In this document: in pieces, positions 18,501 to 20,935 of the stretch | Numbering within the stretch: position 1 is the stretch's first letter | How the letters are laid out: every line of letters begins with the position of its first letter | Assembly: GCA_003345555.1 (NCBI GenBank) | Contig: PRDJ01000051.1 | Span: forward strand, 1 to 20,935 | Length of the DNA: 20,935 bases | Direction: 5' to 3' | Source: Candidatus Thorarchaeota archaeon | GTDB taxonomy: Archaea; Asgardarchaeota; Thorarchaeia; Thorarchaeales; Thorarchaeaceae | The notes under the pieces: model-generated | What the model was told of the DNA's origin: nothing | Database searches by the model: none | What the model saw: the letters and a program-made list of their open reading frames with translations, nothing else | Made by a program: the position numbers and the translations under genes

Positions 18501-18916
18501 GTATCGGTCTCAAGGAAGGAGTAGTACACGTACGCGGCTAGGTCGTAGTTGTAAGCGTTTTCACGGTTGTTCTGGCAGTCCCAATCACCATCGTAGTTGA
18601 TTCTCGCGAAGAAGTCGAGTTGAATGCTCCACGTATTCTGATACCAGACGGGCGCCCAGTAGAGGGCGATATCGTACGGAGTCATGAATGTTGAGTACAT
18701 GAAGCCTGGCTGGTCATACTGAATTCCGGCCCTAAGGGGGCTTCCCTGCAATTCGTAGCCGACCGGCAGGGAGCTGGGTTCGGACTCCTCGTTCTGCAAT
18801 CCGAACAGAATTGGCGAAGATGAGAAGACCATTATCATGGCGACGACAATCGCCAGAGACCGCTTTCTCCGACCAACTAAGACCAAACGCGCACCGGTTA
18901 CGCTACCTTCCTCCAT
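12554..18916 (-). CDS. Giant (~2120 aa) secreted/surface protein: NLP/NPP1-like domain, C2-like domain, Ig-like domain, two [Ca-motif beta-propeller + ZU5-like] units, OmpL47-type Ig, SdrD-B-like domain, two GWNL repeats
   Basis: ORF track 12554-19021; ATG 18916 follows GAGGGAG and is followed by RRKRSLAIVVAMIMVFSSSPILFG. Motifs: YYIGYWDYHPMD...GQHENDMEGVLLVV; SDPDGGLSDAY...RDWD...NHDEVLMG; ten D-[LFI]-N-x-[DN]-x-x-x-x-D loops after PSVSG-x-x-I-AF blades; VGPVGTPLSP...W..L...D...V; SISGHVFLD...DADEFGLGNWNVSL; LHKGWNLWSTP...GEGYFIW and LVKGWNLIGY...GRAYFIY. Confidence 0.92.
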   Translation of the reverse strand: MEEGSVTGARLVLVGRRKRSLAIVVAMIMVFSSSPILFGLQNEESEPSSLPVGYELQGSPLRAGIQYDQPGFMYSTFMTPYDIALYWAPVWYQNTWSIQLDFFARINYDGDWDCQNNRENAYNYDLAAYVYYSFLETDTHYYIGYWDYHPMDHYAADTGGLGGIWSDAGQHENDMEGVLLVVAKTGGYGTVLVMETIAHLDFYQYKGSSSVHSGDEDFDGDDGWITWEGHQPVVYVEPGGHGVFGDPRDRPSYDWFDSGNWMRDYACKYVPGTTAEVPKRQQQSQTCQYALIAVDDEVDGFWQRRGQGPTFHSFNAFRGDNGYPNNAANAPWGQDDNDDADKIAGDIFFDPAGMFLKDFHYYERFDRTYIWNPFAIELTVVWYDIGWASDPDGGLSDAYLSIRMYDGRGEQHKLLDGQQYDFESWDPPLDPRFNPRGGTELSWIWWNAPLFTYGYPGFTFYGMAIPGREHFDIMSRDWDSDWDWVPALPGAPVIEDGKMPIYNPNHDEVLMGYWSSSTGTVEEDWYHDYWLMEGMNEYWWTGSAVGIWARGDGVIDDDSIAPQFLRVKTWPSTHLFATDARSIFFHTTIRENVGLSEVKFRYRANDSDVWSDWRTAYPTAARPDTSEFDYSFTMPRRMWLPFENHSILYQWKATDNDNDRPNDALTTISKEYQGPRISGRLPDGEVCSVSGNIIAFTTSEFLEKRDLNDDGDLSDEVIQYYDIRQELVVNTEQEGRLPCVSGNRMVAILQTKDLVPPFDKEVLGVYDFSSNRWRSILQDFYVVSLDLDGTTLVFEVDESLSSGPLHGIGCDFNKDGDKLDHLVMMCDLEDSGTIQPPRLIGIGRSPSVSADSQIIAYSTPESWVGDLNGNGWYDLEDIIRLYNYSSMQEGFIYEMGYSPSVGTTFDGHPFIAYRYQSQNITEEVFVLRVAVLEHMPLPPPPWPPDVPVEGWDMTAHADGDAPVCGISGTPQSGDAGMVVFESCGHVMKYDVGEKVLTDCQDLGFGPQIVGGYHYTYGSSHVIADCSLVAFTQYEPAFVFKDLRHMDLNFDGDYDDYVISLNDSRFGPLRALNPKIPVNQMVRTAGFVVDYFQASTAVSSSIMNCSVGVLFDQINSEGIARAEARPPGFNGPLLDRGFSTVGTPLELSTTVEYEGPVEVQVSYDLSSVLNENNLRLMQFNLQTSRWDDITAYVDKATRTVHGTTYGIVGTISIMEWTGVSPPVDIGLGLNPSMDGSIVAFELQESQAEMDLNGDSDLDDTVIHYRDLVGNVTTNTSLEGTSPSVSGKIIAFQARSDSGMDEVSIIRCMNLSAPGRTILSANDTEGFNLSANDTEDLNRSMMIRTLGIGESPSASGHFVAFQTSESQLGEDLNGDGNLDDVVIRYFDLLTNETVNTGIDGRCPVLSGTLILFLTDESATDTDINGDYDTSDCVLRCFDTSSMTLRDAVSDAHELSRSVYGDAIAFATDESLANADLNNDGDRLDRVIGYYDAGEDVVVETRAVGYAPSILEGRIAFAASESETNRDFNADGDKQDWILQYWNMTSCNVTNTRQSLCGPGFGLAIFSEGNMTTYVANETISARDINGDGDKSDAVVRLVGKKLPFGGLLPTSTKEFVLRLIGQDMQSSDDKIHLDFGAGALPRDMVVSMDSFSGWMGTPLWTLVDQPGLTLVSDVYRVGPVGTPLSPLSEVTIEYDEAKVNESNIRQLIAWSSPDGHTWQLLPSLFVDTERNVVKFQAPSLGWFAILRDNAKPRLFLKVNQTLVMDGDHFSAGTEMRLMASDFGAGVLYSCYRVNEGPWTPCNGTFRLDGPAGTCYIEYVSVDKAGNFGLIKSVTVILDKYSISGHVFLDRYCPGVWGAMDADEFGLGNWNVSLNGYTVNGEQVDLWVCTDNLNDLGQFGFHELCAGTYWVNLTTLTGYYYTSWTSREVVIEPTDPVETDFNEDFGALVPSPDPEVPFLLHKGWNLWSTPVGVDGLTAESLLAAIGPNARAVTRLDLTQGKYVSYVTGYSDSYDFPIIMGEGYFIWVKDTTHFTLKGVVPSSPSLQLVKGWNLIGYAGLRPMMASELLMEVQNSSARAVVYLDPVTGTYHSFVSGYSADFDFLVTPGRAYFIYTSGNGTISFG
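14910..14969 (-). repeat. Intragenic 30-nt tandem duplication (LSANDTEGFN / LSANDTEDLN)
   Basis: 14910-14939 ttgaggtcctccgtatcgttggcactaaga versus 14940-14969 ttgaacccctctgtgtcgttggcgctcagg. Confidence 0.8.
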
Positions 18917-19177
18917 CGTTAAGCACTCTCCCTCGACCGACTGAATAGTTGTCGGCTTTCGGTGAGTCAGAAGTGCATGACTTCGACATGCACCAGAGAT
19001 GGAGGACCCGACACACTTCAATAAGAACGAGAGTTCACGATGGAGAAGCCACCTTCACATTTCTCCGTTTACTCAGTTCCCCCCGGCGCTGCTCACCCAA
19101 TCGTCCAGATTGACGTCCCCGTATCGAACTAGGATGTATTTCTCCGCTTTGGGGCATAGATATTAAGGTGGGTATTT

Positions 19178-20800
19178 TCACCGCGTCAGGAAGCACACCA
19201 GCAGATTGTACGAGGAACCGCCAATGTACACAATGTTCGAGTCGTTCAGGATGCTGTCTATCGTTGTATCGTTGACGACGACCACTCCGAGCGGGAACTC
19301 CTGCGCGCCTTCGGTGCTCCAACTATTCTCGAGCACATAGAACGATGATTTGTTCAGGGCGATCCCCTCCCTGAGGTCGTACGGCAGTCCCCGGCCGTAC
19401 TCGAGGTCGAAGAGCCTCCACCCGGTCTCCCCGAGCCTCTGGTCCGATGTATATCTCTCTACGCCGTGCTCAGATAGCCACTCGAAGGCATCGTACTCGT
19501 ACCAATAGGTCTGGTTCTCCACGCCGAAAAGCGTTTGGCTGCTGTACGCCACGGGCAGGGTGGTCGACAGAACGATCACCAGGGACACCCCCGCCATTGC
19601 GCCCACGAGGGGCTCCGTGCGCTTCACGAGCCTCGCGAAGCCTATCCCGACGAGCAGGGCGAACGGTATCAGGACGAAGTCGAACGACCGGTAGATTATG
19701 AGCTGCGAGGTGGCGTCGTTCGACCTCACGAACGCGAAGGCAATCAGGGACAGAGGCCCGAGGAACATGGCAAGCAAGAGGTTCTTGGTCCCGCCCCTGG
19801 GGACGAGGGCGAGCTTCGCGCCCTCCCACCCGGGGGCGACGAGGATCAGGTACGCGACGAGCGGGACTGCGATGGCAGCCGCGGGCCCCGGGATGCCCGT
19901 GAAGATCGGATGTACATAGTTGACCACCATGAGCGCTGCGCCGACCAAGGGCACCGCAAGCCCGAGCGGGAGGCGGGTGAGCGGGCGCTCCCGGCGGGAC
20001 ATGCGTATCCCGACCATGAGGATGAGCGCGGCGACGGCCACGAACAGGTAGAGGTCGGTGCTAGGGGAGAGGTAGTCGAGGTAGGGGAGGTCGATGTAGG
20101 CGTAGTAGGCGATGACGAGGGCCCACGCGGAGACGACCGTGGCGGCGTCCATGGTATCATCCCTGGTGATACGGTACCCCTTCTGTCTGCTGGCCACTTC
20201 CAGGATCACGGCGAACGTGAGGGTGACGAAGCTCACGACTGCGACGAGGTGGTGTGTGAACGGGATCAGTAGCAGGGAGGAGACCATCAGGAGGCGGTAC
20301 GGGAGCGCCTTCCTGAGGGGGAAGGAGTAGAGGGCGAGGGCGAGGAGGACGAAGCCCATGGTCTCCTTCCAGGTGCACCCGGCGGAGAAGACGAAGGAGC
20401 CGGCGAGGGCGAGGACGAGGAAGGAGGCGACGGCGCCCCTGCGGGTGCGCCAGTGGCTCCGGAACATGAGGAAGACGATCGAGACGGCGACCGCGCCGAG
20501 GAGTGCGGTCACGAGCTGGCTGTTCGTGAGCGGGTCGACGCCGAGGGCGGAGGAGAAGAAGGCGATGAAGAGCCCCAGGACGGGCAGGTCGGCGACGTAG
20601 GTGTCGGATATGGAGGTATCGTCGGGGAAGTCCAGGTGCCCGGTGGCGAGGACGCCCTGGGCGACCCTGAGCTCGGAGAGGCCGTCTATGTTGTACGGGA
20701 GCGGGGACCACTGCATGGATATTGAGCGGACGGAGAAGGCGACGAAGGTCAGGATTATGAGAGCCAGTAGCAGGCCCCGGGGGGTGCGCATCCGTTCCAT
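19178..20800 (-). CDS. Multi-pass membrane protein with GT-C-fold-like architecture (gene Y); ~13-14 TM helices plus a ~115-aa C-terminal extramembrane domain
   Basis: TM1 is followed by a loop with an acidic residue (PLPYNIDGLSELRVAQGVLATGHL), as in PMT/ArnT/AglB-type GT-C enzymes. The soluble tail VENQTYWYEYDAFEWL...YIGG follows the last helix. Strong G/C third-position bias. SD GAGGAG at 20802-20807 fits ATG 20791 better than 20800. Confidence 0.85.
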   Translation of the reverse strand: MERMRTPRGLLLALIILTFVAFSVRSISMQWSPLPYNIDGLSELRVAQGVLATGHLDFPDDTSISDTYVADLPVLGLFIAFFSSALGVDPLTNSQLVTALLGAVAVSIVFLMFRSHWRTRRGAVASFLVLALAGSFVFSAGCTWKETMGFVLLALALYSFPLRKALPYRLLMVSSLLLIPFTHHLVAVVSFVTLTFAVILEVASRQKGYRITRDDTMDAATVVSAWALVIAYYAYIDLPYLDYLSPSTDLYLFVAVAALILMVGIRMSRRERPLTRLPLGLAVPLVGAALMVVNYVHPIFTGIPGPAAAIAVPLVAYLILVAPGWEGAKLALVPRGGTKNLLLAMFLGPLSLIAFAFVRSNDATSQLIIYRSFDFVLIPFALLVGIGFARLVKRTEPLVGAMAGVSLVIVLSTTLPVAYSSQTLFGVENQTYWYEYDAFEWLSEHGVERYTSDQRLGETGWRLFDLEYGRGLPYDLREGIALNKSSFYVLENSWSTEGAQEFPLGVVVVNDTTIDSILNDSNIVYIGGSSYNLLVCFLTR

Positions 20801-20839
20801 GCTCCTCGACTGGACGGGTATTCGAAGCCGGTTCGAGGC

Positions 20840-20846
20840 ATAAAAA
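20840..20846 (-). promoter_or_regulatory. Archaeal TATA-like box for gene Y
   Basis: TTTTTAT on the minus strand, 40 nt upstream of ATG 20800, in an otherwise GC-rich region. Confidence 0.4.
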
Positions 20847-20935
20847 GGTTGGGAGAATGCCAGTCAGAGGGCTGTGGTGAGTGCGCCAGACGATTGGCAG
20901 GAGACGGTCTGATGTTCTTGCTGAGAACCTCTGCA

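Larger units (their letters stand above)
4449..19528 (-). other. Tandem array of surface-protein cassettes delimited by four direct-repeat copies of the Y 3' end
   Basis: Order on the minus strand: Y(3' end) > giant protein > copy C > clostripain > copy B > PKD protein + debris + anchored protein > copy A > hairpin > X. All copies are in the same orientation. Confidence 0.85.

Noticed and set aside
19059-19146. 9-nt direct repeat ATTTCTCCG (19059-19067, 19138-19146) and TTAATA just downstream of the Y stop
   Set aside because: Too short to distinguish from chance. It is not repeated at the other cassette junctions, so it is not an att site or target-site duplication.
4449-19528. Diversity-generating retroelement (template/variable repeats)
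   Set aside because: Differences among the Y copies affect all four bases, are mostly synonymous and include indels rather than being adenine-specific. No reverse transcriptase in the window.
19535-20711. Long alternative-frame ORFs 19535-20272 (+) and 20157-20711 (-)
   Set aside because: Shadow ORFs of GC-rich gene Y: Arg/Pro/Gly-rich, low complexity, caused by third-position G/C bias.
1-20935. CRISPR array, rRNA, integrase or transposase
   Set aside because: No regularly spaced short repeats, no rRNA-like sequence and no recombinase or DDE motifs in any frame examined.

Overview
Probably an archaeal (Thermoplasmatota-like; inferred, not proven) accessory region rich in cell-surface genes. 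The left end holds a helical-repeat (TPR-like) gene that runs off the window edge and is missing from the ORF track, a QueG-family 2x[4Fe-4S] protein and a multi-pass membrane protein (X). The right end holds an intact 540-aa GT-C-like membrane protein gene (Y, 19178-20800, minus strand). Between X and Y lie three cargo blocks of secreted or surface proteins: a ~2120-aa NLP-like/C2-like/beta-propeller giant, a clostripain (C11) protease, and a ~1090-aa NIDO-like/lectin-like/PKD protein together with a membrane-anchored protein and gene debris. On its left, each block abuts a diverged, independently inactivated direct-repeat copy of the 3' end of Y (4449-4661, 9923-10273, 12250-12490; about 76-80% nt identity by hand alignment). 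This looks like a tandem cassette array built by repeated insertion at, and replacement of, the 3' end of a protein-coding gene. No integrase, transposase, reverse transcriptase, tRNA or CRISPR is visible in the window.
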